DNA of 64,000 bases, taken from contig JBIOWP010000107.1 of NCBI GenBank assembly GCA_044868695.1, positions 1-64,000 on the forward strand, written 5' to 3'. Position numbers and translations under genes: made by a program. This DNA comes from a bacterium (GTDB lineage: Bacteria; Sysuimicrobiota; Sysuimicrobiia; Sysuimicrobiales; Kaftiobacteriaceae). How positions within the stretch are numbered: the stretch's first letter is position 1; each line of letters starts with the position of its first letter. Below are positions 38,993 through 48,424 of this stretch, in pieces. The notes beneath the pieces were generated by a model. The model saw only the letters and a list, made by a program, of their open reading frames with translations, was not told where the DNA came from and did no database searches.

Positions 38993-40315
38993 ATGCGAGC
39001 CATTCTGACGGCGATTCTGCTTCTCGCGCTGGCGGTTGCACCCGCGGCGAGCCCGGCCCAGTCGACCGACTCCTCGCTGGTGCTTGAGGCTCTGCAGGCC
39101 CTGGAGTCGCATTACGTCGATGCGGTCGACACCATCAAGACGCTGAACGCCGCGATCGTCGGGCTGCGCGCGGAGCTCTCCGCGGTGGGGATCCCGGCGG
39201 ACCTGCCGGCGATTCCCTCCTACGCCACCGATACTGACGCGCGCCGCCAGTTCGGCGAACGGTTCACCGCCGCCGTGGCGGCCGCCGCCGGCCAGCGAAC
39301 CCGGACCCAGCTGGCCTACGCGGCGATCCGCGGCATGACGGATGCGTTCAGCGATTCGCACACCGGCTTTTTGACGCCCGACCAGAACCTCGAGCGCCGG
39401 CAGCGCCAGCGCGGCCAGGCCGGATTTACCGGTGTCGGCGTCGTGCTGATGCCCAAGGACGACAAGTTCTTCGTGTGGACCCTCATCCCGGGAGGGCCGG
39501 CCGAAGCCGCCGGCGTGCACGAGTTTGACCGCATTCAGCGGATCAACGATATTTCCACCGGCGGAATGAGCGTGGATCAGGTCTCCGGGATGATCAGAGG
39601 CCCGGCCGGAACGCCCGTGACGCTGACCCTGCAGCGCGCGGGGGTCGCGGAGCCGCTGGTCGTCACCATTGTGCGCGCCCCCATCCTGGTGCCGTCCATT
39701 TTCAAGACCGAGCTCCTCGACGGCGGGGTCGGCTACATCCGCCTGTATCAGTTCGTAGAGCGCACCGGCCGCGACATGCGCGCGGCCCTGACCGGGCTGC
39801 AGGCCCAGGGCATGCGGGCGCTGGTCCTCGACCTGCGCGGCAACAGCGGGGGCTACCTCCATGAACTTAACACGGTGCTCAACACGCTGCTCCCGTTTGG
39901 GGTGCCGGTGTACACGGAGATGCGGCAGGGCGGGTCGGTGCGGGTCGTGCGCACGGTGCAGACCCCCCTGGTGTCGCCTACCCTTCCGGTGGTCGTGCTG
40001 GTTGACGAAGGCAGCGCGTCGGCCGCTGAGCTGCTGGCCGCGGCGATCAAGGAGAACCACCGCGGCTCGCTGGTCGGCGTAAAGACGTCCGGCGCCGTCG
40101 AGGCGAGCGTGATGATCGATCTGTCCGACGGATCGTCGTTGAGCATCACCACCTTCCGCCTGGCCACCGGACGCGGCGTGCGGCTAGAAGGGGCGGGGGT
40201 GGAACCCGATGTGGCGGCCGCGCTCACGACGGCCGACCTCGAGGGCGGCACGGACCGCCAGCTGCTGGCGGCGGTCCGACTGGCGCGGCAGGTGATCGCA
40301 GAACCGGCGCAGTGA
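38993..40315 (+). CDS. secreted S41 family peptidase with PDZ domain
   Basis: signal peptide, PDZ (GVGV..GPAEAAG), GYIRL, LDLRGNSGG, SASAAE. Confidence 0.88.
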   Translation: MRAILTAILLLALAVAPAASPAQSTDSSLVLEALQALESHYVDAVDTIKTLNAAIVGLRAELSAVGIPADLPAIPSYATDTDARRQFGERFTAAVAAAAGQRTRTQLAYAAIRGMTDAFSDSHTGFLTPDQNLERRQRQRGQAGFTGVGVVLMPKDDKFFVWTLIPGGPAEAAGVHEFDRIQRINDISTGGMSVDQVSGMIRGPAGTPVTLTLQRAGVAEPLVVTIVRAPILVPSIFKTELLDGGVGYIRLYQFVERTGRDMRAALTGLQAQGMRALVLDLRGNSGGYLHELNTVLNTLLPFGVPVYTEMRQGGSVRVVRTVQTPLVSPTLPVVVLVDEGSASAAELLAAAIKENHRGSLVGVKTSGAVEASVMIDLSDGSSLSITTFRLATGRGVRLEGAGVEPDVAAALTTADLEGGTDRQLLAAVRLARQVIAEPAQ

Positions 40316-40340
40316 CGCAGGGAAACGGAAAATACGACCG

Positions 40341-40387
40341 CGAAGAAGGAAGAGGGTAAGGGGCAGGTCCTCCTATCCTCTTCCTTC
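40341..40387. repeat. purine/pyrimidine-tract inverted repeat
   Basis: GAAGGAAGAGGGTA ... TATCCTCTTCCTTC. Confidence 0.5.
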
Positions 40388-40396
40388 GTTGTTCTT

Positions 40397-41572
40397 ATGG
40401 ACACCGTGGCGTCCCAGATTGAACACCGGCGCGCGACCATCGTCGGCATGCTGGCGAGCCTCGTGCGTGCACCCAGCCCCAATCCGCCCGGCGACACCCG
40501 CCAGGTGGCGGAGTTGATCGCCGCGCGGCTGCGAGAGGCCGCGGTCGATTTCCAGGTCCTGGCCGATGAGCCGCGCAAGCCCAATGTCATCGCGCGGATC
40601 GGGCGGGGGCGGCCCGAGCTGCTTTTCACGTCTCACATGGACACGGTGCCGCCGGGCGACCGCCGCGCCTGGCGCTACGACCCGCACGGGGCGGAGATCG
40701 TGGGGACGCGCATGTACGGCCGCGGGGCGGCGGACGCGAAGGCATCGCTGGTCGCTATGCTGGCGGCCGTGGAAGCAATGGTCGACGTGGTGCCGATGCG
40801 CGGGACGCTGGTGTTCACCGCCGTCAGCGACGAAGAAGTCGGCGGCGTGAAAGGAACCGAATTCCTAGTGGACCGGGGTCTGCTCCATCCCGACCAGGTC
40901 GTCGTCGGCGAGATCACCTGCAACCGGCTGGCCGTGGCTGAGAAAGGGCTGCTGTGGGTGCGGATCGTCACCCACGGCCGGGCGGCGCACGCCAGCACCC
41001 CCTGGGAAGGCAGCAGCGCCATCGACCATATGCTGCGAGTGCTCCTGGCCATCGAGGAGCGCGTCGGCGCGCGGCTGCGCGCGCTGGACCACCCGCTGGT
41101 CCCGCCGCCGTCGCTGAGCATCGGGACGATCCGGGGCGGGGTGGCAACCAATATCGTCCCGGACTGGTGTGAGGCGACCATCGACCGGCGGACCCTGCCG
41201 AACGAGAACATCCAGGCGGCCCTGGCGGAGATCGAACACGTGGTGGCAGACCTGCGCGAGGGAGAGCCGGCGCTGCAGGCGGACGTTGAAATGATCCAGT
41301 CCGGCGCGCCCATTGAGACGCCCGCGGACGCGCCGATCGTCCGGGTCGCCCAGGACGTGGCGCGCGCGCTGAAGCTGCCGGCGGATCCCGTCGGGTATCA
41401 GCAGTCCAGCGATGGCCGGTTCTTCGCAGAGCGGGGCACGCCCACGATCATCTTCGGACCCGGGGATCCCGGAATCGCGCACACCCCCAACGAGTCGATC
41501 GATCTCGACGACGTGATGACGGCGGCGAAGTTCTACACGCTGCTGGGACAGCAGCTGCTGACGAGTCCGTAA
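40397..41572 (+). CDS. M20 family metallopeptidase (ArgE/DapE-like)
   Basis: SHMDTVP, YGRGAADAK, DEEVGG, HAS, GPG..AHTPNE. Confidence 0.9.
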   Translation: MDTVASQIEHRRATIVGMLASLVRAPSPNPPGDTRQVAELIAARLREAAVDFQVLADEPRKPNVIARIGRGRPELLFTSHMDTVPPGDRRAWRYDPHGAEIVGTRMYGRGAADAKASLVAMLAAVEAMVDVVPMRGTLVFTAVSDEEVGGVKGTEFLVDRGLLHPDQVVVGEITCNRLAVAEKGLLWVRIVTHGRAAHASTPWEGSSAIDHMLRVLLAIEERVGARLRALDHPLVPPPSLSIGTIRGGVATNIVPDWCEATIDRRTLPNENIQAALAEIEHVVADLREGEPALQADVEMIQSGAPIETPADAPIVRVAQDVARALKLPADPVGYQQSSDGRFFAERGTPTIIFGPGDPGIAHTPNESIDLDDVMTAAKFYTLLGQQLLTSP

Positions 41573-41598
41573 CCGGTTCGTCCCGGAAAGGGCAGGCG

Positions 41599-42807
41599 AT
41601 GGAGTTCGACCTGGCAGATCACCAGATCGCCGCGCAGCGTCTCGTGCGCGAGTTTGCGCACGGCGAGGTTGCCCCGCGGATCCGCGAGCTCGACCGCGCG
41701 CAGCAGTTCGACCGCTCGATCCTTCGCACGATGGGCGACCTGGGCATCCTCGGCCTGTGCGTCCCTGAGCGGTACGGCGGGGCAGGGATGGACTACGTGA
41801 GCCTCGGGCTGGCGTGCGAAGAGCTGGAATACGTCGATACCTCCCTGCGCGTGATCATGTCGGTGCACCTGGGGCTCAACAGCCTCAGCCTGCTATCGTG
41901 GGGGACGGAGGAGCAGCGGCGGCGGTTCCTCGTCCCGCAGGCGCGCGGGGAGAAGATTGCCGCCTATGGGCTGACTGAGCCCGCGGCCGGCAGCGATGCC
42001 GTGGGGATTCAGGCGACGGCCGTGCGCGACGGCCGCCAGTACGTGCTCAACGGCGAGAAGACCTGGATGTCCCTGGCCGACATCGCCGATCACTTCCTGG
42101 TCTTCGCCTGGACCGACCCCGTCAAGCAGAAGCAGCGGGACCACGCCGGGCTCTCGGCGTTCGTCGTCACCCGCGACCTGAAAGGCGTCACCACCTCCAC
42201 GCTTCACGGCAAGTTGGGCATCCGCGCCGGCAACACCGGATCCATCGTGATGGACGGCGTCCGCGTGAGCGAAGACCACCGCCTCGGTCAGGAGGGAGAA
42301 GGGTTCCGCATCGCCATGTTCGCGCTGGACCAGGGCCGGTACACGGTGGCGTCGGGCGCCGCGGGATTGATCCGCGCCTGCCTGGACAGCAGCGTCCGCT
42401 ACGCGCGGGACCGGCGTACGTTCGGGAAGCCGATCGGAGAGCACCAGCTGGTCAAGGAGATGATCGCCCGGATGACCCGGGACTATGAGGTCAGCCGCCT
42501 GCTGTACCTGCGCGCCGGGTGGATGAAGAACCGGGGTCTGCGCAACACGCGTGAGACGTCACTGGCCAAGTGGTACGCGACGGTAGCGTCGGAGCAGGCG
42601 GCCGGGGACGCGGTGGAAGTCCACGGTGCGTATGGCTATTCGGACGAATACCCGGTCGAACGGTTCTACCGCAATGCGAAGGGCGCGGTCATTTATGAGG
42701 GCACTCGCGAAATCCACACCCTGCTGCAGGCCGACTACGCGCTGGGACTCCGGGAGGACCGGTCCACCCGCGTGACGCTGCCCGCATGGCCGTTTGAATC
42801 CAAATGA
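41599..42807 (+). CDS. acyl-CoA dehydrogenase
   Basis: GLTEPAAGSD, LNGEKTW, RRTFGKPI, HGAYGY, IYEGTREI. Confidence 0.93.
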   Translation: MEFDLADHQIAAQRLVREFAHGEVAPRIRELDRAQQFDRSILRTMGDLGILGLCVPERYGGAGMDYVSLGLACEELEYVDTSLRVIMSVHLGLNSLSLLSWGTEEQRRRFLVPQARGEKIAAYGLTEPAAGSDAVGIQATAVRDGRQYVLNGEKTWMSLADIADHFLVFAWTDPVKQKQRDHAGLSAFVVTRDLKGVTTSTLHGKLGIRAGNTGSIVMDGVRVSEDHRLGQEGEGFRIAMFALDQGRYTVASGAAGLIRACLDSSVRYARDRRTFGKPIGEHQLVKEMIARMTRDYEVSRLLYLRAGWMKNRGLRNTRETSLAKWYATVASEQAAGDAVEVHGAYGYSDEYPVERFYRNAKGAVIYEGTREIHTLLQADYALGLREDRSTRVTLPAWPFESK

Positions 42808-43847
42808 CGGCGCCCTTCGAATGCGAAGTCCGGTTTCTCATCGACGACATTCACGCGTTTCGCCAGCGCATCGCCGCACTCGGCGGCCGCGCGCGTTTTG
42901 AGTACGCGTTCACCGATCACTACTTCCGCGCCGGCGGCGGCGCGTCCGATCCCCGAGCGCGGGCCCTGCGCATCCGGGAACACCACCGGCCGGCCCAGCC
43001 GTGCGAGATCCTGCTCACCTGGATCGACCTCGTGCAGGTCAGCGGGATGTCGTTCAAGCGCTCGAGATTTCCGGAGGGGAAGGTCCGCCTGTACACCGGT
43101 ACGCTAGAGGAATGCCGGGCCGTGATGGGCGGGCTGGGCTACGAATCCTGGCTGGTGGTGCACAAGACCGCGGGTGCGCTCTATGAGATCCCAGGTCTCG
43201 GCGAGCTGGTGGCCGAGCAGGTGGACGGCGTGGGCTGGATGTGCGAGGTCGAAGTCGCGGGGGAGGACCCGGCGGCTGCCGCCCGGGCGATCCGGCGGAA
43301 GCTGGAGGCACTGGCGGTGCCCCCGGAAACGGTCATGTCCGAACCGCTGGCCGCGGTCGTGGCCGCGCGCGCCCGGCCGGCGGCGCAGCGGGTGTACTTC
43401 TGCGGGGCAATCCGCGGCGGCCGGTCGCTGCAGCCCCTCTACGCCTCGCTTGTCGGTGCCCTCCAGCGGTGGGGCTACCTGGTATTGACCACGCACGTGG
43501 CCGCGCCCGATGTGCTCGAGCAGGAGTGGCGCCCGGATGTGCGCGCGTCGGATATCTATGAACGCGACATGCAGTGGCTGTCGGAGTGCGACTTCGTCGT
43601 CGCGGAAGTCTCCGTCCCGTCGCTGGGGGTCGGCGTCGAGATCGCCACCGCGCAGCAGTTGGGGAAGCCGGTCTTCTGTCTGTGCCGGACCGATGTGGCC
43701 CTGTCGGCGCTGATCGAGGGCAACACTGCGCTGCGGGTGATCCGCTATGGAGATGAAGCAGAGTTGATGGATCTTCTCGAGAGGGAACTCCGGGACCGGG
43801 GACCGGGGACCGGGGACCAGAACTTGGCACGGAGATCGGCGCGCTGA
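42804..43847 (+). CDS. CYTH-like domain fused to 2'-deoxynucleoside 5'-phosphate N-hydrolase (Rcl/DNPH1-like)
   Basis: N-term ECEVR..DHYF..LRIR..CEVE; C-term VYFCGAIRGGR, IYERDMQWL, VVAEVSVPSLGVGVE. Confidence 0.75.
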   Translation: MTAPFECEVRFLIDDIHAFRQRIAALGGRARFEYAFTDHYFRAGGGASDPRARALRIREHHRPAQPCEILLTWIDLVQVSGMSFKRSRFPEGKVRLYTGTLEECRAVMGGLGYESWLVVHKTAGALYEIPGLGELVAEQVDGVGWMCEVEVAGEDPAAAARAIRRKLEALAVPPETVMSEPLAAVVAARARPAAQRVYFCGAIRGGRSLQPLYASLVGALQRWGYLVLTTHVAAPDVLEQEWRPDVRASDIYERDMQWLSECDFVVAEVSVPSLGVGVEIATAQQLGKPVFCLCRTDVALSALIEGNTALRVIRYGDEAELMDLLERELRDRGPGTGDQNLARRSAR

Positions 43848-43896
43848 GGGGAAAATCGATGCACTCACGGGTCCCTGGTCCCTGGTCCCAGGTCCC
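43792..43896. repeat. inverted heptamer cassette (GGGACCN)x4 - 49 bp core - (NGGTCCC)x4
   Basis: read directly; overlaps 3' end of 42804-43847. Confidence 0.85.
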
Positions 43897-43913
43897 GTAG
43901 CTGGAGGTTGTGC

Positions 43914-45620
43914 GTGCTGCCGTGGGAGCGTCTGCGCGACAAGCTCCTCGCCCTGGAGGGCAAACCATTTCAGGCGTACCAGGGACTCGAGGGCGCCTAC
44001 CGCTTCGACCGTTTCACACTGCACCTGGAACGCATCACCGTTGAGCCCCCGGGTGTCCCGTCGCCGCTGCGCGTGCGCGTCGATCAGGCTGAAGCGCGGT
44101 TCCCGCCCTCGATGTGGGCGACGCCGGCGGGGAAGATCGCCTTGGAAGATTTCGCGGCCCGGCGGTGGCTGGATGCCATCCGCAAAGTTGCCCGCGCCCG
44201 CGGCGGCCGGCCGGGGTTCACCATCGATGTCGGCGGCCAGCAGATTCTGGAGCGCACGGCGTGCCGGATCGGCGAGGAGTACGTGGAGATCCGCGGCGCG
44301 CTGTTCCTTCCCTCTGAGGGCCGCAAGGTCGCGGCGAAAGCCGCGCAGACGGTCTTCTTCGAAGACCTCCCCCAGCTGGTCGATGCCGCGCTGATCTTCC
44401 CGAACCTCAACCCCGCGGCTGCGCAGCGCCAGCAGGAAGTGGCCGAAGATGCCGACGCCCTGCGCGTCGCCCTGACCTCCCGGTCTCTGGTGACCTTCCT
44501 CGCCGATGGGGCCGTGCTGCCGCGCGAGGGCGGTTCTGACCGGCCGGTGCTGTCCCGGTTGGTGCCGCTGCAGGCGCCGCCCGAGCTGAAGGTGACGGTG
44601 GACCTCCCTCACCGCGGGGCCGTGGCCGGCATGGGGATTCCCCGCGGGGTCACGGTCATCATCGGGAACACGTTTTCCGGGCGCAGCACCCTGCTGCGCG
44701 CGATCGCGTCCTCCGTCTACATGCACGTCCCCGGCGATGGGCGCGAATTCTGCGCGACGGTCCCGGATGCGGTCCTGGTACGGGTCGAGGAAGGCCGGCG
44801 TGTGGAAGCGGTAAATCTCGCCCCGTTCCTCCACGAACTGCCCGGCGGGGAAGATCCCGCCCGCTGCAGGCAGGAGCATGCCGGCGACGTCGTGTCGCAG
44901 GCCGCCGGCATCATTGAGGCGCTGGAGGCGGGGTGCTCGCTCCTGCTGATTGACGAAGACACGTCGGCCCCAGGGCTGCTCGCCCGCGATCCGCTATGGC
45001 GGCAGCTTGCTCCGGAGGCGCGCCAGCCTGTGACCTCCCTCGCCGAGGCGGTGCGGCCGTTGTACGAGGAGCACGGCGTGTCGACCATCCTGGTGTCCAG
45101 CCGCGGCGCGGAGTATGTGCCCGTCGCCGACACGGTCATCGCCCTGGAGTCCTTCCGGCCCCGCGTCGCCACCGCTGAGGCCCGCCACGCGGTGGCACCG
45201 CACGCGGGCGTGCGCGCGGATGGGAAAGGCCGGTTCGGCGGAGTGCACCACCGCGTCCCGCTGCCGGAGAGCCTAGCGTCGTTGAGGGGCCGCAAGATGC
45301 GCAGTGAGCCGCACGGCGGTCACACCCCGCGCGGCATGATCCTTGGACGTGACGGCGTGGACCTGTCGGCCGCTGAACAGCTGATTGATCCCGCGCAGGC
45401 TCGGGCGATTGCCGCGGCGCTGGTCTTTGCCGCCGACCGCGGGCTCGCGGACGGGATGCGCACCCTCCGGGAGATCCTCGGGTCAATCGAGTTGGACATC
45501 GCCCAGCACGGCCTCGAGGTCCTGGTGCCCGACGCCGTGCCCGGCGACCTGGCCCTGCCTCGCCGGCAGGAACTCGCGGCGGCGTTCAACCGGCTGCGCA
45601 CCTTGCACGTGAAAACCTAA
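43914..45620 (+). CDS. ABC-ATPase-domain-containing protein (PF09818-like) with degenerate Walker A
   Basis: [48 protein letters not shown]-loop reads GNTFSGRST; start 43908 or 43914. Confidence 0.75.
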   Translation: MLPWERLRDKLLALEGKPFQAYQGLEGAYRFDRFTLHLERITVEPPGVPSPLRVRVDQAEARFPPSMWATPAGKIALEDFAARRWLDAIRKVARARGGRPGFTIDVGGQQILERTACRIGEEYVEIRGALFLPSEGRKVAAKAAQTVFFEDLPQLVDAALIFPNLNPAAAQRQQEVAEDADALRVALTSRSLVTFLADGAVLPREGGSDRPVLSRLVPLQAPPELKVTVDLPHRGAVAGMGIPRGVTVIIGNTFSGRSTLLRAIASSVYMHVPGDGREFCATVPDAVLVRVEEGRRVEAVNLAPFLHELPGGEDPARCRQEHAGDVVSQAAGIIEALEAGCSLLLIDEDTSAPGLLARDPLWRQLAPEARQPVTSLAEAVRPLYEEHGVSTILVSSRGAEYVPVADTVIALESFRPRVATAEARHAVAPHAGVRADGKGRFGGVHHRVPLPESLASLRGRKMRSEPHGGHTPRGMILGRDGVDLSAAEQLIDPAQARAIAAALVFAADRGLADGMRTLREILGSIELDIAQHGLEVLVPDAVPGDLALPRRQELAAAFNRLRTLHVKT

Positions 45621-45705
45621 GTCCCGTCGTGTACCGCAGGCAGGAATTGCGTTGCTCGGCGCGAATCGCGCGAGAACCCAGCGAAGCTCGTGGAGGCGAC
45701 AGACC

Positions 45706-47064
45706 ATGGAGAGCGTGAAGTACCTGCTTGACGAATCGCAGATTCCCAAATCCTGGTACAACATCTGCTCGGATCTGCCCGTGCCGCTTCCGCCGGTGCT
45801 GCATCCGGGCACCAAGCAGCCGGTGGGCCCGGACGATCTCGCGCCGCTGTTCCCGATGGACCTGATCCTGCAGGAGGTCAGCACTGAGCGCGAGATCCCC
45901 ATCCCCGAGCCGGTGCGCGAGGTGTACAAGTTGTGGCGGCCCACGCCGCTGCATCGCGCACGGCGGCTCGAACGGGCGCTCGACACCCCGGCGCACATCT
46001 ACTACAAGTACGAAGGCACCAGCCCGGCCGGTAGTCATAAGCCGAACACCGCGGTCGCGCAGGCGTTCTACAACAAACAGGCGGGCGTGCGGCGGCTGAG
46101 CACGGAGACCGGAGCCGGACAGTGGGGCAGCGCGCTGGCGCTGGCCTGCCGGATGTTCGGGCTCGAGTGCACCGTGTACATGGTCAAGGTGAGCTACGAC
46201 CAGAAGCCGTACCGCAAGACCATGATGCAGACCTGGGGCGCTGAAGTCATCCCCAGCCCGAGTTCCCGTACCAACGCCGGCCGCGCCATCGCGGCCAAAG
46301 ACCCGCGCTCGCCGGGCAGCCTGGGCATCGCCATCAGCGAGGCCGTCGAGGACGCCGCGACGCACGATGACACGAAGTACTCTCTGGGCAGTGTCCTCAA
46401 CCACGTCCTCCTACACCAGACCGTCATCGGGGTGGAAGCCCGCAAGCAGATGGAGATGGCCGGCGAGTATCCCGATGTTGTCATCGGGTGCATCGGGGGC
46501 GGGAGCAACATGTCGGGGCTCACGTTCCCGTTCCTGGCCGACAAGTTCAAGGGCAAGAAAGTGCGGATCGTGGCGGTGGAGCCCGAGGCGTGCCCGTCGC
46601 TGACCCGCGGCCGGTACCTCTATGACTTTGGGGACACTGCGGCAACCACGCCACTCATCAAGATGTACACGCTCGGCCACAGTTTTGTGCCGCCGGCGAT
46701 CCACGCGGGTGGGCTGCGCTACCACGGCGATGCGCCCCTCGCCTGCCTGCTGTATCATCACAAGTACATCGAGGCCGCCGCCTACTCGCAGCGGTCCGTC
46801 TTTGAAGCCGCGGTGCAGTTCGCGCAGACCGAGGGGATCATTCCGGCGCCGGAATCCGCGCACGCGATCCGCAAGGCCGTCGATGAGGCGCTCCAGTGCA
46901 AGCGCGACGGCACGGCCCGGGTGATCCTGTTCAATCTCAGCGGACACGGGCACTTTGACCTGAAGGCCTACGAGGATTTCCTGGCCGGCAGGCTGGAGGA
47001 CTTCGTCTACCCGCAGCAGCAGGTGGAGCAGGCGATGAAGGAACTGGCGGCGATTCAGCCCTAG
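45706..47064 (+). CDS. trpB2: TrpB2 (tryptophan synthase beta type 2), stand-alone
   Basis: [53 protein letters not shown]. Confidence 0.92.
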   Translation: MESVKYLLDESQIPKSWYNICSDLPVPLPPVLHPGTKQPVGPDDLAPLFPMDLILQEVSTEREIPIPEPVREVYKLWRPTPLHRARRLERALDTPAHIYYKYEGTSPAGSHKPNTAVAQAFYNKQAGVRRLSTETGAGQWGSALALACRMFGLECTVYMVKVSYDQKPYRKTMMQTWGAEVIPSPSSRTNAGRAIAAKDPRSPGSLGIAISEAVEDAATHDDTKYSLGSVLNHVLLHQTVIGVEARKQMEMAGEYPDVVIGCIGGGSNMSGLTFPFLADKFKGKKVRIVAVEPEACPSLTRGRYLYDFGDTAATTPLIKMYTLGHSFVPPAIHAGGLRYHGDAPLACLLYHHKYIEAAAYSQRSVFEAAVQFAQTEGIIPAPESAHAIRKAVDEALQCKRDGTARVILFNLSGHGHFDLKAYEDFLAGRLEDFVYPQQQVEQAMKELAAIQP

Positions 47065-47075
47065 CCGAATTCTTA

Positions 47076-47104
47076 TTGACGGAGGTCAAGAATTACGGTA
47101 GCCT
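47076..47104 (+). promoter_or_regulatory. sigma70 promoter with overlapping operator-like palindrome
   Basis: TTGACG-N17-TAGCCT; TTGAC-GGAG-GTCAA palindrome on the -35. Confidence 0.6.
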
Positions 47105-47145
47105 AGGGCGCGGGTTTCACTCCGCAACACCTTGGGGAGGGGCGC

Positions 47146-47976
47146 ATGGCGGCATCGTTGTTGATCACCCTGCGAGAGGGGCTCGAAGCCGCTCTCATCG
47201 TGGGGATCATTCTCGCGTATCTGGCAAAGACCGGGAACCGGGACAAGTCAAGGATGGTCTGGCTCGGCACCGGCCTCGCCGTCGTCATGAGCATCGTCGC
47301 CGGGGCCGGCATCTTCTTCAGTGCCGGTGGGCTCGCGGGCCGGGCGGAGGCGATGTTCGAGGGTACGGCGATGCTGACCGCCGCCGGGGTCCTGACCTAC
47401 ATGATCTTCTGGATGCGCCGGCAGGCGATCAACATCCGCGCCCACCTGCAGTCGCAGGTCAACATGGCGCTGGAGACTGGATCGCTCGGGGCGCTGGCGT
47501 TCCTGGCGTTCGTGGCGGTGGGGCGCGAAGGCATCGAGACGGCGCTGTTCATGTTCGCGGCCGTCCGGACCGCAACCCCGATGGCGGCCACAGTCGGTGG
47601 GCTGTTGGGTTTGTTGGCGGCGTTTGTGTTGGGATATCTCCTCTATCGAGGCACATACCGCCTCAACCTGCGCGCGTTCTTCAACGTCACCAGCATCCTG
47701 CTGCTGCTGTTCGCGGCGGGTCTGCTGGCCCACGGCACCCATGAGTTCCACGAGGCGGCTGTCATTCCGCCGATCATCGAGCACGTGTGGGACACGAACT
47801 CGGTACTCCACGAAGCCTCACCGCTCGGGAGCCTGCTGAAGGCCGTCTTCGGCTACAACGGCAACCCCTCGCTGGTGGAGGTTCTGGTCTACGCGGCCTA
47901 CCTGGTCCTCGTCGGCTGGGCATACTTCCGGCCGCCCACCCCAAAGGAGCTGGCTCCGGAACGCGCGAAAGCCTGA
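47146..47976 (+). CDS. FTR1/EfeU family iron permease
   Basis: two RExxE motifs (REGLE, REGIE), multi-TM. Confidence 0.9.
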   Translation: MAASLLITLREGLEAALIVGIILAYLAKTGNRDKSRMVWLGTGLAVVMSIVAGAGIFFSAGGLAGRAEAMFEGTAMLTAAGVLTYMIFWMRRQAINIRAHLQSQVNMALETGSLGALAFLAFVAVGREGIETALFMFAAVRTATPMAATVGGLLGLLAAFVLGYLLYRGTYRLNLRAFFNVTSILLLLFAAGLLAHGTHEFHEAAVIPPIIEHVWDTNSVLHEASPLGSLLKAVFGYNGNPSLVEVLVYAAYLVLVGWAYFRPPTPKELAPERAKA

Positions 47977-47982
47977 CACGGC

Positions 47983-48273
47983 ATGCGTACAGCTCACGGA
48001 CTGGACTTGAGGTCGCTCGCGCTCAGCCTCGTCGCCTCCTGGTGATGACTGGTCGCCCCCGTGGTGAGCCTCCTCGGGTTAGGAGGCGCGACGCTGCAGG
48101 TTTTCTTTGAGTCGGCCAGGCCGTATCTGCTGGTCCTGACCGGATTCTCGCTGGCCTATTCGTTCTACCTCGTGTATCGCCGGCCGTTTCGCCCCCGACC
48201 CGCCGTCGCGCGACTGTGGATCACGACTGTAGTATCCGTCATCCTCGTGTCCATTCCGTTCTTCCGGGACTGA
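47983..48273 (+). CDS. MerT-like membrane protein with tandem in-frame TGA-TGA (putative Sec-Sec)
   Basis: MRTAHGLDLRSLALSLVASW**LVAPVVSLLGLGGATLQVFFESARPYLLVLTGFSLAYSFYLVYRRP...; the two TGAs (48043-48048) sit at the MerT ASxCC position. Confidence 0.7.
48052..48092 (+). promoter_or_regulatory. bacterial SECIS-like hairpin
   Basis: stem GCCTCCT/AGGAGGC (48068-48087), loop CGGGTT; possible lower stem GTCGC/GCGAC; loop 26-29 nt after the TGAs. Confidence 0.6.
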
Positions 48274-48350
48274 CCCGCGGTCCACCCCTTCACAGTTTTC
48301 GCGGTTTCCACCAATGGCGTAAGACGAGCCTGACATAGGAGAGTACTGCC

Positions 48351-48407
48351 AAAGAAGGAGGGGACTGTCCCCTCCTTGCAATAGCCCATATTGGTCATTG
48401 ATGGGTG
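48351..48407. repeat. 57-bp dispersed repeat, copy 2
   Basis: 48/57 identical to 34699-34755. Confidence 0.8.
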
Positions 48408-48424
48408 ATTTGTTTGGGTCATCT

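Noticed and set aside
48043..48048. TGA-TGA as evidence of genome-wide UGA reassignment
   Set aside because: Many conserved genes here end correctly at TGA (nuoD GDVDR*, nuoB, nuoG, nuoH), so any recoding must be local.
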